Source: an uncultured bacterium (lineage in GTDB: Bacteria > Patescibacteriota > Patescibacteriia > CAIQCM01). From it: a DNA stretch of 64,000 nt. The number at the start of each line of letters is the position of its first letter. Within the stretch, counting starts at the first letter, position 1. Both the position numbers and the translations under genes were made by a program. Positions 27,710-37,324 of the stretch are shown in pieces. Below the pieces are notes generated by a model, which worked only from the letters and a program-made list of their open reading frames with translations, ran no database searches and had not been told where the DNA came from. The DNA is taken from NCBI GenBank assembly GCA_963708045.1, contig OY970181.1, positions 579,740 to 643,739 on the forward strand, in the 5' to 3' direction.

Positions 27710-28705
27710 ATGCTCGTTAATACTCCAACACGCCTTGGTTCGTTTGATATCGCTGTGGCACCCGTTCCAGCCTCGCCGCTCCAAATCGTCACGCTTGGCG
27801 CGGTCTTATTAAGAGGTCGGGAAAAGCTTGAAGCGCCAACCGGCGCCGTTCTGTATCCGTGTGGCTTGGGACCGAAAAGGAAGAAAAGAGGTATGGCAGT
27901 TTGCAAGAACGCCTTCTTGTTTTTGCGCGGTCGCGAGGGTGTTACGGCTTATTACGGCGGCGAGGGGAGGGGAAAACTTTACAAAACGGCCGAGCTCGCG
28001 AGGAAGTTTGTCAAAGATGCCGAAACATGCGACGATCCGCGCGAAAAAAAGCGCCTCTCGGCACTTGCCAAAATTTTCGCGGGACGCCTTTACCAAACCG
28101 GCCGTATGGTTTCGCGTCTGGAACTTTGGCAGATTGCTTTGCGCTTGGAGTTTGATGAAAACAAGCGCTGTCTCGTTGCTCTAGAACACTTGCTCACGAG
28201 GGTTGCAACTGGTGTAACGACAAGCTATGCCAGAATCCGGAATCTTTCCGAAGCAATTCGTTTGGCTCCCTTTGTGTGCATCCACGACGGAATCAACATA
28301 CTGCTCGTAGAAGCCGTTAGCAAAACAATACCAAACGGCGCTTTGAATCTCGCAAGAGAACTGATTCAAGAAATTCATTCATACCGGCGTCAGATCGCCT
28401 TTGAGGAAATCATCATCGGACTTAAGGAACCAGAGCGAATGATGTTTGACAAACGCCGTCAATTTATTTTCGGCGATGCTGAAAGGGGCTGGTTGCGTTG
28501 GGTCTTAAGCCAAGCTTTGGAAAAGATGGATGCCTTCCTTGTAATTCCGGACGCGAGGACGGAGGCTTTGGAGGAAAGGTATTTGGCTATGCGTGGTAAC
28601 ATTGAGCGCGCGGGCGGGTTGGTGACAAAAGGTGATTGGGTAGGCGCGCGCGAACTGGTTCAGAAAACCCGTGAAGAGATGAAGCTCGTTAGCGAATCCG
28701 TCTAG
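27710..28705 (+). CDS. Hypothetical protein (basic, helical)
   Basis: Long ORF with GGAGG before ATG 27710 and its own terminator; no recognised motif. Confidence 0.6.
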   Translation: MLVNTPTRLGSFDIAVAPVPASPLQIVTLGAVLLRGREKLEAPTGAVLYPCGLGPKRKKRGMAVCKNAFLFLRGREGVTAYYGGEGRGKLYKTAELARKFVKDAETCDDPREKKRLSALAKIFAGRLYQTGRMVSRLELWQIALRLEFDENKRCLVALEHLLTRVATGVTTSYARIRNLSEAIRLAPFVCIHDGINILLVEAVSKTIPNGALNLARELIQEIHSYRRQIAFEEIIIGLKEPERMMFDKRRQFIFGDAERGWLRWVLSQALEKMDAFLVIPDARTEALEERYLAMRGNIERAGGLVTKGDWVGARELVQKTREEMKLVSESV

Positions 28706-28722
28706 ACGCACATCGGATTTTT

Positions 28723-28768
28723 GCTCCGGCGATTGTTCTTCTAAAAGAACTTTAGCCGGAGCTTTTTT
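28723..28768 (+). terminator. Probable intrinsic terminator
   Basis: gctccggc...gccggagc followed by a T-run. Confidence 0.6.
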
Positions 28769-28882
28769 ATTTCGCATTAGGGGGTTGAAACAAACAGTGC
28801 AATGTGATAAACAGACCTACCGCCTTACAGTAGTTGTATTGCGGCGTTTGTTTGAAAATTTATATCACCAAGGAGGTGAATT

Positions 28883-30238
28883 ATGTGCGGAATCGTTGGT
28901 TTTTATAACGTAAGTAATGCCGCTGGCAGAGCCATTCTCGCCTTACAAGCACTTCAGCATCGCGGCGATGCTGGCGCTGGCGTCGTCACCACCGACGGGA
29001 AAAGCATTTTTGACGTTCGCGAGCTTGGTACAGTTCAATTGGTTTTTTCCGAAATAGATATCGGTAAGCGTCTTCCAGGAAGGTCGGCGCTTGGCCACAA
29101 TCGTTATCCGACTTCTGGCGCAGCGCAAAATAAAAGATGTCTTCAGCCACTTATTGACGATTCGGCGACTTTGCCGATGGTCATCGCTCATAACGGCAAC
29201 ATTCCTGACGCCGCCGATTTGCGAATGGAATTGGAAAAAGATGGCGCGGTCTTTGATTCACCTTCGGACACGGCTTTGTTTCTTCATTTGGCCAAACGCG
29301 CACAAAGCGATGATATGATCACGCGCCTAAAGTATTGTTTTGAAAAGGTGCAAGGCGCGTACTCGCTTTTGGTGATGACGCCGAATGGTATGTATGCCGC
29401 GGTAGATCCGAACGGTATTCATCCACTCCTTATGGCACCGTTTGAAGACGGTATGATGCTGGCTTCTGAAACGGTTGCCTTTGATCTGTTTCAGATTGAT
29501 CCGCGAGTAATTAGAGTAGTTGAACCGGGTACGATCGTTGATGTTGGAAATGGTGTAACGCATAAGTTCGCGGAAGCAATTCATCGTCATTGTCCGTTTG
29601 AGTTTGGATATTTTATGCGTCCCGACAGCGATTGGGGGATGAGCGTGAGTGCCGTTCGCGAAAGAATGGGCATCCTTCTTGCAAAAAGTTATCCAGCAAA
29701 TGCCGACGTTGTTATTTCTGTGCCCGACTCGTCAAACACGCAAGCCTCGGCGTATGCAAGAGAAATGGGAATACCTTTTGGTCATGGCTTGGTGCGTAGT
29801 CACTATTTTGCACGAACTTTTACCGCTGGCGAAGAGGGGCGGATCATAAAAGTCAGATTGAAATACAATCCCGACAGAAGCGTGGTTTGTGGGAAGAGGG
29901 TTGTGATCGTAGATGACTCCATTGTACGGGGGCATACGATGAAAAGGGTTGTCGCCCTTGTGCGGGGAGCTGGCGCGACCGAAGTCCACGTTCGGAGCGC
30001 GATGCCGCCGATTGTTCATCCTTGTTGGCTTGGAATGGATATGCAAACGTTTGAAGAATTGGTGGCGGTCGGAAAATCGGTTGAGCAAATTCGGCAAGAG
30101 ATTGACGCTGATTCGCTTGGGTATCTTTCGGTTGGCGATCTCGGGAAAGCGCTTAATGATGAAGGTTTGGTAAGACACTGCCAAATGTGTTTCACGGGCT
30201 TGAGTCCGTATGCAAACATAAGGAGGGTGAAGAAGTAA
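28883..30238 (+). CDS. purF: Amidophosphoribosyltransferase
   Basis: MCGIVG N-terminal nucleophile, LQHRG, GHNRY, AHNGN, VPDS, VIVDDSIVRG PRPP motif, four Fe-S-type cysteines; AGGAGG SD. Confidence 0.93.
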   Translation: MCGIVGFYNVSNAAGRAILALQALQHRGDAGAGVVTTDGKSIFDVRELGTVQLVFSEIDIGKRLPGRSALGHNRYPTSGAAQNKRCLQPLIDDSATLPMVIAHNGNIPDAADLRMELEKDGAVFDSPSDTALFLHLAKRAQSDDMITRLKYCFEKVQGAYSLLVMTPNGMYAAVDPNGIHPLLMAPFEDGMMLASETVAFDLFQIDPRVIRVVEPGTIVDVGNGVTHKFAEAIHRHCPFEFGYFMRPDSDWGMSVSAVRERMGILLAKSYPANADVVISVPDSSNTQASAYAREMGIPFGHGLVRSHYFARTFTAGEEGRIIKVRLKYNPDRSVVCGKRVVIVDDSIVRGHTMKRVVALVRGAGATEVHVRSAMPPIVHPCWLGMDMQTFEELVAVGKSVEQIRQEIDADSLGYLSVGDLGKALNDEGLVRHCQMCFTGLSPYANIRRVKK

Positions 30239-30245
30239 TTCTCGC

Positions 30246-30281
30246 GCCGGCTGATTGTCTAAGGACAATCAGCCGGTTTTT
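30246..30281 (+). terminator. Intrinsic terminator
   Basis: gccggctgattgtc-taag-gacaatcagccggttttt. Confidence 0.85.
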
Positions 30282-30330
30282 CGTATTAAGGGGTTGTTTA
30301 TAAACGGCTAAAACGGTAATCTGTCTTAAC

Positions 30331-32427
30331 ATGCCAAAAGATTTTATTTTACCTTCAAACGAGTCGCTCGCGCCGATTGATTTTTCGGCCGCGCTTAATG
30401 CGGAACAGCTCGCGGTTGTTAAAGGCGCCGACGGCGCGAGTTTGGTTATTTCTGGCGCTGGATCGGGCAAAACGCGGACAATTATTTATCGGGTGGCATA
30501 TTTGCTGAGCCTTGGCGTGCCGGCCGAAGAAATTTTACTGCTAACTTTTACGAACAAAGCGGCGCGGGAAATGCTTTCGCGCGTTCAAGAATTGCTGGGC
30601 GGCGTCTCGGGCAAACTCACGGGCGGCACTTTCCACCACGTCTGCAATTTGTTGCTTCGCCGCTATGCGCCGCTTATTGGTTTTAAAAATAATTTTTCTA
30701 TTTTAGATCAAGAAGATTCGCGCGACCTGCTTAATGCTTGTATTAAAGACGAGGGGATAGACACTAAGCAAAAGCGTTTTCCCTCGGCTGGCGTTCTCCA
30801 GTCTTTTTGGAGTTTTTGCCGGAACGCGCGGCTGCCGTTTTCGGAAGTTGTTGAATTAAAAGCGCCGCGACTTCAAGCTGAAGTTTCTAAAATGGAAGCG
30901 GTTATTAGTGCTTACGAAAAGCGCAAGCAAGACGCGAACGCGATGGATTTTGACGATTTGCTTTGCCGCGCGACCGATCTTCTGCGCCAGAATCCGTCGG
31001 TGCGCGAGCACGTCGCAGGTGGTTATCGCTATGTGCTTGTAGACGAATATCAAGACACCAACCGCGTGCAAGCCGAATTTTTATCGCTCATCTCTTCGGT
31101 TCACAATAATTTGTTAGTCGTTGGCGATGACGCGCAGTCAATTTATTCGTTTCGCGCCGCGGACATAAAAAATATTTTATCCTTCCCCGAACGCTATCCG
31201 GACGCGAAGGTTTTTAAATTGGAAACCAATTATCGTTCCGTACCGCCGATTTTAGATTTTGCGAACGAATCAATAAAAAATAACGCCAAGCAATTCGCAA
31301 AAGTTTTACGGCCAGCCAACTTGCAACCTGAAACCTGCAACCTGCAACCAAATATAATAACCGCGGCGAGCGCCGAAGAAGAAGCGGAGTTTATCTGCGG
31401 AATGATTGAAAAAATGGTTAAAGAAGGAACGCCGCTAAGCGAAATCAGCGTTCTATTTCGCGCCACCTTTCATTCACAGGCGCTGGAATTTGCCTTAACA
31501 AAACGCGGTCTGGCCTATGATTATCGCGGTGGCATTCGTTTTTTTGAACGCGCTCACATTAAGGATGTAATTTCTTTTTTACGAATTCGTGAAAATCTTG
31601 ATGACGAAATTGCTTGGCTTCGTGTTTTGCGTTTGCAAACCGGCATTGGCACCGAAACAGCCTCAAAAATTTTTTCCGCCTGCCGCGGTTTTGAAAAATT
31701 TGAAGAAGCGCTCGCGGCCGGCGCCGCGGGAATGGGGGATCGCGCTAAGGGCGGTTGGAATGATTTTGCCAATTCGGCGACTTCAATGATCGCTGCTGGC
31801 GGAAGCCCGTCCGACGCAATTAGGGCGATTATCAAATCGGCCTATGGCGATTATTTGGATAACGAATTTCCCAACGCCGATGAGCGGCGCGAAGATCTTG
31901 AACAGTTGGCCGTGTTCGCGGAAAAGTACGCCTCGGTTGGCGCTTTTCTTTCCGACAGTGCTCTTACTGAAGGATTTAATATTGATGCTAGTGCTAGTAC
32001 AAATGAAGATCGGCTGGTTCTTTCCACGATTCATCAGGCCAAAGGTTTGGAATGGGACGCGGTTTTTGTAATGCATCTTTATAACGGCGCTTTCCCGCAC
32101 GCCCGCGCTTACGAAGAGGATGATGGGCTAGAAGAAGAACGCCGGCTGTTTTATGTAGCTGCGACGCGCGCCAGAAAAAATCTTTTTCTTTCCTATCCGC
32201 TTACGGGCGGCCGCGGCGAAGATTATTTGCACGAGATGTCACCATTTTTACGTGAACTGCCCGCAACCGTTTACGAAGAAATTGTTCTTCGCCGCGCGAG
32301 TGCCTCGGGAAGCACGGTATTTAAAGATGATTTTTTTGAAGAGGAAGAAATTGACGTTCTTGATCAGCAGTCTCCAGAGAACAAAGACAAAGATTGGAAA
32401 AAGAAGTCTTTTCTCGGTAATTATTGA
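30331..32427 (+). CDS. ATP-dependent DNA helicase, UvrD/PcrA family
   Basis: GAGSGKT, LTFTNKAA, LVDEYQD, VGDDAQSIYSFR, STIHQAKGLEW, EERRLFYVAATRA. Confidence 0.96.
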   Translation: MPKDFILPSNESLAPIDFSAALNAEQLAVVKGADGASLVISGAGSGKTRTIIYRVAYLLSLGVPAEEILLLTFTNKAAREMLSRVQELLGGVSGKLTGGTFHHVCNLLLRRYAPLIGFKNNFSILDQEDSRDLLNACIKDEGIDTKQKRFPSAGVLQSFWSFCRNARLPFSEVVELKAPRLQAEVSKMEAVISAYEKRKQDANAMDFDDLLCRATDLLRQNPSVREHVAGGYRYVLVDEYQDTNRVQAEFLSLISSVHNNLLVVGDDAQSIYSFRAADIKNILSFPERYPDAKVFKLETNYRSVPPILDFANESIKNNAKQFAKVLRPANLQPETCNLQPNIITAASAEEEAEFICGMIEKMVKEGTPLSEISVLFRATFHSQALEFALTKRGLAYDYRGGIRFFERAHIKDVISFLRIRENLDDEIAWLRVLRLQTGIGTETASKIFSACRGFEKFEEALAAGAAGMGDRAKGGWNDFANSATSMIAAGGSPSDAIRAIIKSAYGDYLDNEFPNADERREDLEQLAVFAEKYASVGAFLSDSALTEGFNIDASASTNEDRLVLSTIHQAKGLEWDAVFVMHLYNGAFPHARAYEEDDGLEEERRLFYVAATRARKNLFLSYPLTGGRGEDYLHEMSPFLRELPATVYEEIVLRRASASGSTVFKDDFFEEEEIDVLDQQSPENKDKDWKKKSFLGNY
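31317..31351. repeat. Heptamer tract inside the helicase ORF
   Basis: caacttg caacctg aaacctg caacctg caaccaa, translated as NLQPETCNLQP. Confidence 0.8.
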
Positions 32428-32501
32428 TAAAAAAACGGCTTTAACCGTACTTAATTTTGGTGTATAATATACAAGTCTTTTTAATTTATTAAAAATTCAA
32501 T

Positions 32502-33233
32502 ATGTACACGAAAAAAGGATTGTTTTTTATCGCGATTGCGGCGATCACGGCTGGGGTTGGTTTAGCGGCGGTTGTTGTTAGTGCTGAGTCGGCGTCGTCT
32601 GCAGGATCAACAGGCTCTGGGAATGGCGTCAGTGGCTCAGTTCGGATGATGCCGCCAATTGCGCCGGCGATCACCGATGCGATTGCTAACTTAAAAATTA
32701 ATCTGCCCAATCGGAACTTGAGCGGTAAAATTGCTTCTATTGATGGAGGAATAGTTACGATCAAAATTGACACCACTGATATAGCTAAAGAATTGGCGGT
32801 TGGTGATTCGGTAATGATTATAAATATGCCAAAAACCGCGAACGCCGGCGGCACGAGTGAAGGAAGTAAACCGGGCTTGGAAAATACCAACAAACCCAAG
32901 GATGGCCAAGATATTTTAAACGGCACGATAACGGTGGCGAGCGACACCTCGCTAACGGTTAAGGATAGCAAGGGAACGGAATATATTGTAGATGTAACGC
33001 AGGCAAAATTTTATAAAGTTGGCAATAAAAATGTTACGGCCGCCGATCTCAAGGTTGGTGATCGGGTAATGATCCGCGGAAACGTTAATGGAACCGCGGT
33101 TACAGCGACAATGGTGACCGATATTGGAACGCTAACTCAAAAACTACCACTGGATATTAAAACAGATGTTAAGCAGTCGGTGGTGAACCGAATTGGTAGT
33201 TTCTTTAAAAATATTTTTAATAAAAATAAATAA
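32502..33233 (+). CDS. Secreted OB-fold-type (DUF5666-like) protein
   Basis: Signal peptide; two G.I..I.G../.L.VGD.V.I repeats. Confidence 0.65.
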   Translation: MYTKKGLFFIAIAAITAGVGLAAVVVSAESASSAGSTGSGNGVSGSVRMMPPIAPAITDAIANLKINLPNRNLSGKIASIDGGIVTIKIDTTDIAKELAVGDSVMIINMPKTANAGGTSEGSKPGLENTNKPKDGQDILNGTITVASDTSLTVKDSKGTEYIVDVTQAKFYKVGNKNVTAADLKVGDRVMIRGNVNGTAVTATMVTDIGTLTQKLPLDIKTDVKQSVVNRIGSFFKNIFNKNK

Positions 33234-33268
33234 TTACCGGCGGATAAGTTTTTTGTGCGTTTAGCAAT

Positions 33269-33577
33269 ATGGAAAAATTTGATTTCAACGAAAATATCAT
33301 CACAAAACTCGGTCTTCAAAAGTTACCCGAAGAAAAACGGATAAAATTTTTGGAGCAAATGACAGAGATTGTTCTCCAAAGAGTGATGTTGCGGCTAATG
33401 GAAAACTTGCCCGTCGCCGAGGTTGCCAAAGCAAATGCGTTAGCCGACAAACCCGAAGAGTTAATTGCTTTTCTTTCGGGAAAAGTAGAAGATTTTTACG
33501 GTCTGCTTTCATCAGAAGTAAATGCCGTTAAAAATGAGTTTGTCTTAAATACAGCGCTTCCGGAAAACGAAAAATAA
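33269..33577 (+). CDS. Small acidic helical protein (DUF5663-like)
   Basis: NIITKLGLQKLPEEKR..FLEQMTEIVLQRV.LRL, a pattern typical of this CPR family. Confidence 0.65.
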   Translation: MEKFDFNENIITKLGLQKLPEEKRIKFLEQMTEIVLQRVMLRLMENLPVAEVAKANALADKPEELIAFLSGKVEDFYGLLSSEVNAVKNEFVLNTALPENEK

Positions 33578-33582
33578 TTTTT

Positions 33583-33774
33583 ATGACCGACGCTCAAAAA
33601 ATAGAGCGGATTAAGGAACTAACGTCGGAACTCAAAAAAATCCATAGCAATTATATGGATAAGTTTTCCAAATTGCATAAAATGCAATTAGCGCTCTTAA
33701 AACAAGTACGAACGCGCGTTGAAACGCTTAAAATTAGCGAACTAAGGGGAGTAATCAATAAGAAAAGCAAATAA
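33583..33774 (+). CDS. Small coiled-coil hypothetical protein
   Basis: 63-aa ORF tightly packed (5- and 10-bp gaps) between same-strand genes. Confidence 0.65.
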   Translation: MTDAQKIERIKELTSELKKIHSNYMDKFSKLHKMQLALLKQVRTRVETLKISELRGVINKKSK

Positions 33775-33784
33775 TATATTTTCT

Positions 33785-36553
33785 ATGGCCAAAAGAGCCG
33801 CCGCTGAAAAAATAAATCCAAACGAAGAATTAAAAGGCCCCGAAGCGCGTGGCGAACTTCGTCTTCTTGATACGGAAGAAATGTTTGTTGATGAAAAGGC
33901 GCTAGCTGAAGAAGAAACGGCGCGAGCGGCAGATGAGGCCGAAGCAACGGCGCAAGAAATCTCCGGCGCAGGCGAGCTAACCACTGATGAGCACATGGAA
34001 AATTTAAGACTCGCGACCGAAGCCCGTGATTTGCGCACCGAAGAATTAGGTGAAATTGAAATTCTGGGCGATGATCTTTCGTCAGTTGTAAGTGGTGAGA
34101 AGCGGGCGCCTGCGTCCAAAGTGGAAACAGCTAAAGTTTCTTTAGAAAATGAAATGCGCGCGGCGGGACGTAATTTAGCTTTGCTTGAAGCAAAATTAAG
34201 AAGCGGCAAGGCAACGCCCGAAGACGAAGCAGCTTTTGCCGAAGCGCAACAGGTATATGAAGACAAACGTTTGGAATACGTCGGCGACAGTTTTGAAAGA
34301 TTTGCCGCAACGCAAAAACAGCAAATAGAAGCGCGTCGCGAAGCTTTAACAATAGAAAAGGGTTTCCTCAAAAAGGTTTGTGACGGTTATAAAAAATTAG
34401 GCGAAATGAATTTAGAAAAAGCCGGTTGGAAACCTGACAGCAAGGTCGGGAAAATCGTGGCTAAAATGGCCTCGGTTAGAACGGCGATTACCGTCGGTTT
34501 GCTCGCGGGTTCGGCTATTGTTGGCGCGGGCACGGCTGTTGGTCTTGGCGCGATTGCCGCGCGGCGGATGCTTTCCGGTCTTGGTACAAGTATTTCTGTT
34601 TATGGTCTTTCAAAGCGTTTTAGTGAAGCTCGTCTAGACGCAAATTATTCCACCGAAAAAGTTGCCACAATGAACGGAGGCGAAGTGGTTGAGGGGTTGG
34701 ATAAATTTGAAGCCGAAGCGCTTACGGGCGGACGAAGCTTGGAAGGTAATGCGGCTTATGACGCGCTTCAAAAACGTTTTATTGAAGTAACTAACGATAG
34801 GCAATTAGGACAGAAAGAAGATGTGAGGATGATGATGAGAAATACCGACATGTCGGTTGAAAAGAGGCGGCAACAAGCGGCAGTAAGCAATATAAAAAAA
34901 GGAATTGTTGCCGGTTTGGCCGGGATTTTTGTCGGTTCGGGCGCGCTTGCAAAAATTTTTGGACACGGGACACATTTTGTTGGAGAAAAAATGGGAATTG
35001 TTAAAAAAGCTGGCAAAGCGGTTGTCGCGGCCAGGGAAACAACTGTTGTTCCAAACGCTGGCGTTGTACACGAAGTTGCAAGCGCCAAGGTTGAACATAT
35101 CTCAAATGTAACCCTACCAAACGAACCGGGCGCTGATGTTTTAGATGATCGTCAGTTTAATGTTTTGGGAAAGAGCGAGGTTCAGGTTGCAGGTGGAGTT
35201 GCTTTACCACAAGAGTTGCCAAATACCGAAGTAACGGCTGGTGTGCAAGTAACGCCCGAAGGTGAGATAAAAATAATCAAACCGGTCGCGGGCGAAGCAG
35301 TGCCCAGTGCGGAAGAGATCAAAGCCTCGGAAATCGTAAAAGGCGACAGCTATGCCAAGGTTGTTGAACGTAATCTTACGGCAAATCCGGAAAAATTCGG
35401 TTATAATCCGGCAGAAGACGGAAGTGTCACGGCATGGGCAAGAAAAATGCGCGGAACGATTTTGCGCGAAAACGGTTTGGTCTCGGCTGATCGCGAAATG
35501 CGTTTGCGTTTTGACCCCAAGCACCCTGGCCATGTTTCTTTGACTGTTCAGGGCGGACACATTAGCGTTGAAAAAACCGGCGTTCGGGATTATGTTTTTG
35601 GGAAACAAATTCCTCACCTTGCCGAAACGTCGGCGCCAGCCGAACCGTCCATTCCAAAAATTGTTGAAACCTCTAAATTTGACGCGCCGGTTACGCTTGA
35701 AACGCCGTCAATTAAAGTTACGGGAATTCCCGAACTTACCGGCGAACACGTAAGCGGTCACGTTGGCGCGCCCGAGCGTCAGCTGGGGTCGGTTGTTTAT
35801 GAATATAAGGCCAGCGCTGGCGCGCATTCTGTCGCGATGAATGGCGGAGAAAATCTTGGCAAGGGTACGCTAAAAAGCCAAGAAACAATCAACACGATTT
35901 TTAAAGATCGCAGCAAGCAGCTTCAAGGGTTACGCGAAGGTTACGAAGAAGCGCACCGCCAAGGCCAAAAACAGATGGAGACGCGCTTGTTCACTGGTTA
36001 TAATGCTGTCGTTCGCGAGGCTAACGGAAAATTAGGAAATATTTTTAAGGAAATTCAACCAATTAAGGGCGAGGCAATAATGCCGACACTTGTTAAGGCA
36101 AAAGCAACACTCGCCGAACACTTAACTTCGTCCGCGTCTGATTCCTCAAAATTAGCCCCGCCTCCTTTTGAAGCAAAATTTCCGGCTGCGGTTGTTGATC
36201 TCAAAAGCGGCGGGCAAGTGGAATTTTTACGCGACGCCTCTGGCAAATTAATTGGCGTCAATATTAACGAAAAGTTGAGCGAAGCCGCTCGCGCCAAGGC
36301 CGACAAAATGCTTCAGGGTGACTGGCTAAAAAGAGCAACGGAAAATTACACGGGCAAAGAAACTGATATTTCAAAGTTTAAAACCAGCATTCTAGAAAAA
36401 GTCCGACGACTCGTTGCTTACGAAAAAGTGGCCAATGATTTGGTCAAAATGAATGCGCCCGAAGACCAAGTTGATTTGGTAAAACGCAAAACCTTGGCAC
36501 TGGCTCGTACTATTAAGAAAACATACGGCGACGATATTTTTAAGAAAGCCTAA
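33785..36553 (+). CDS. Large hypothetical protein (coiled coil, Gly/Ala-rich hydrophobic helices, possible LysM-like segment)
   Basis: 922 aa; no signal peptide; hydrophobic stretches AITVGLLAGSAIVGAGTAVGLGAIAA and GIVAGLAGIFVGSGALA; IVKGDSYAKVV. Confidence 0.7.
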   Translation: MAKRAAAEKINPNEELKGPEARGELRLLDTEEMFVDEKALAEEETARAADEAEATAQEISGAGELTTDEHMENLRLATEARDLRTEELGEIEILGDDLSSVVSGEKRAPASKVETAKVSLENEMRAAGRNLALLEAKLRSGKATPEDEAAFAEAQQVYEDKRLEYVGDSFERFAATQKQQIEARREALTIEKGFLKKVCDGYKKLGEMNLEKAGWKPDSKVGKIVAKMASVRTAITVGLLAGSAIVGAGTAVGLGAIAARRMLSGLGTSISVYGLSKRFSEARLDANYSTEKVATMNGGEVVEGLDKFEAEALTGGRSLEGNAAYDALQKRFIEVTNDRQLGQKEDVRMMMRNTDMSVEKRRQQAAVSNIKKGIVAGLAGIFVGSGALAKIFGHGTHFVGEKMGIVKKAGKAVVAARETTVVPNAGVVHEVASAKVEHISNVTLPNEPGADVLDDRQFNVLGKSEVQVAGGVALPQELPNTEVTAGVQVTPEGEIKIIKPVAGEAVPSAEEIKASEIVKGDSYAKVVERNLTANPEKFGYNPAEDGSVTAWARKMRGTILRENGLVSADREMRLRFDPKHPGHVSLTVQGGHISVEKTGVRDYVFGKQIPHLAETSAPAEPSIPKIVETSKFDAPVTLETPSIKVTGIPELTGEHVSGHVGAPERQLGSVVYEYKASAGAHSVAMNGGENLGKGTLKSQETINTIFKDRSKQLQGLREGYEEAHRQGQKQMETRLFTGYNAVVREANGKLGNIFKEIQPIKGEAIMPTLVKAKATLAEHLTSSASDSSKLAPPPFEAKFPAAVVDLKSGGQVEFLRDASGKLIGVNINEKLSEAARAKADKMLQGDWLKRATENYTGKETDISKFKTSILEKVRRLVAYEKVANDLVKMNAPEDQVDLVKRKTLALARTIKKTYGDDIFKKA

Positions 36554-36563
36554 TCATTGTCTT

Positions 36564-37316
36564 GTGTCTGAATATTATACGGCCCAGCGTACTAAGGGAT
36601 TGTTTGATCCAAAAGCAACCGAACCGTTTAAATTGTCGCGTTCAAAAATAGATTTATTTTTGGAGTGCCCGCGCTGTTTTTATTTGGATCGCCGTCTTGG
36701 TGTCGGTCGCCCGCCGGGTTTTCCCTTTGCTCTAAATTCGGCCGTTGATCATTTGCTTAAAAAAGAATTTGATATTTACCGCGCCAAAAACGCGGCGCAT
36801 CCGCTCATAGAAAAATATGGCATAGAGGCACGTCCGGTTGCACATAATGACTTGGAAAAATGGCGGCATAATTTTACTGGCGTTCAATGTTTGCATAAGC
36901 CGACCAATTTTCTTGTCTTTGGCGCGATTGACGACCTTTGGATAAATCCAGCGGGGGAGTATATCGTGGTTGACTATAAAGCAACGGCAAAGGAAGAGGC
37001 GATAACCGAACTTAACAAAGATTGGCACCGTGGTTATAAGCGCCAGATGGAAATTTACGAATGGCTGCTTCGGCAAAATGGCTACCAAGTTTCCGATACC
37101 GGTTATTTTGTTTATTGCAATGGCAAGACCGACCGCGCGGCCTTTGACGCCAAATTGGAATTTGACGTCACCCTTATTCCATACAAAGGCGATGCTTCGT
37201 GGGTGGACGATGTACTATCCCGCGCCCGCGCGTGTCTCGTTGCCGATAAAATTCCTTTTGCTTCCTTTTCTTGCGATTACTGCGCGTATATTAAAGCGAT
37301 AAACAATAATAATTAA
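36564..37316 (+). CDS. PD-(D/E)XK nuclease, RecB/AddB-like single domain
   Basis: LSRSKI..F.ECPRCFY; GAIDDLW; VDYKAT; QMEIY; C-terminal CDYC. Confidence 0.88.
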   Translation: MSEYYTAQRTKGLFDPKATEPFKLSRSKIDLFLECPRCFYLDRRLGVGRPPGFPFALNSAVDHLLKKEFDIYRAKNAAHPLIEKYGIEARPVAHNDLEKWRHNFTGVQCLHKPTNFLVFGAIDDLWINPAGEYIVVDYKATAKEEAITELNKDWHRGYKRQMEIYEWLLRQNGYQVSDTGYFVYCNGKTDRAAFDAKLEFDVTLIPYKGDASWVDDVLSRARACLVADKIPFASFSCDYCAYIKAINNNN

Positions 37317-37324
37317 AATTTTTT

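Noticed and set aside
36564-37316. Cas4 of a CRISPR system
   Set aside because: No cas1/cas2 or array; the cysteine arrangement and motifs fit a stand-alone RecB-like nuclease.
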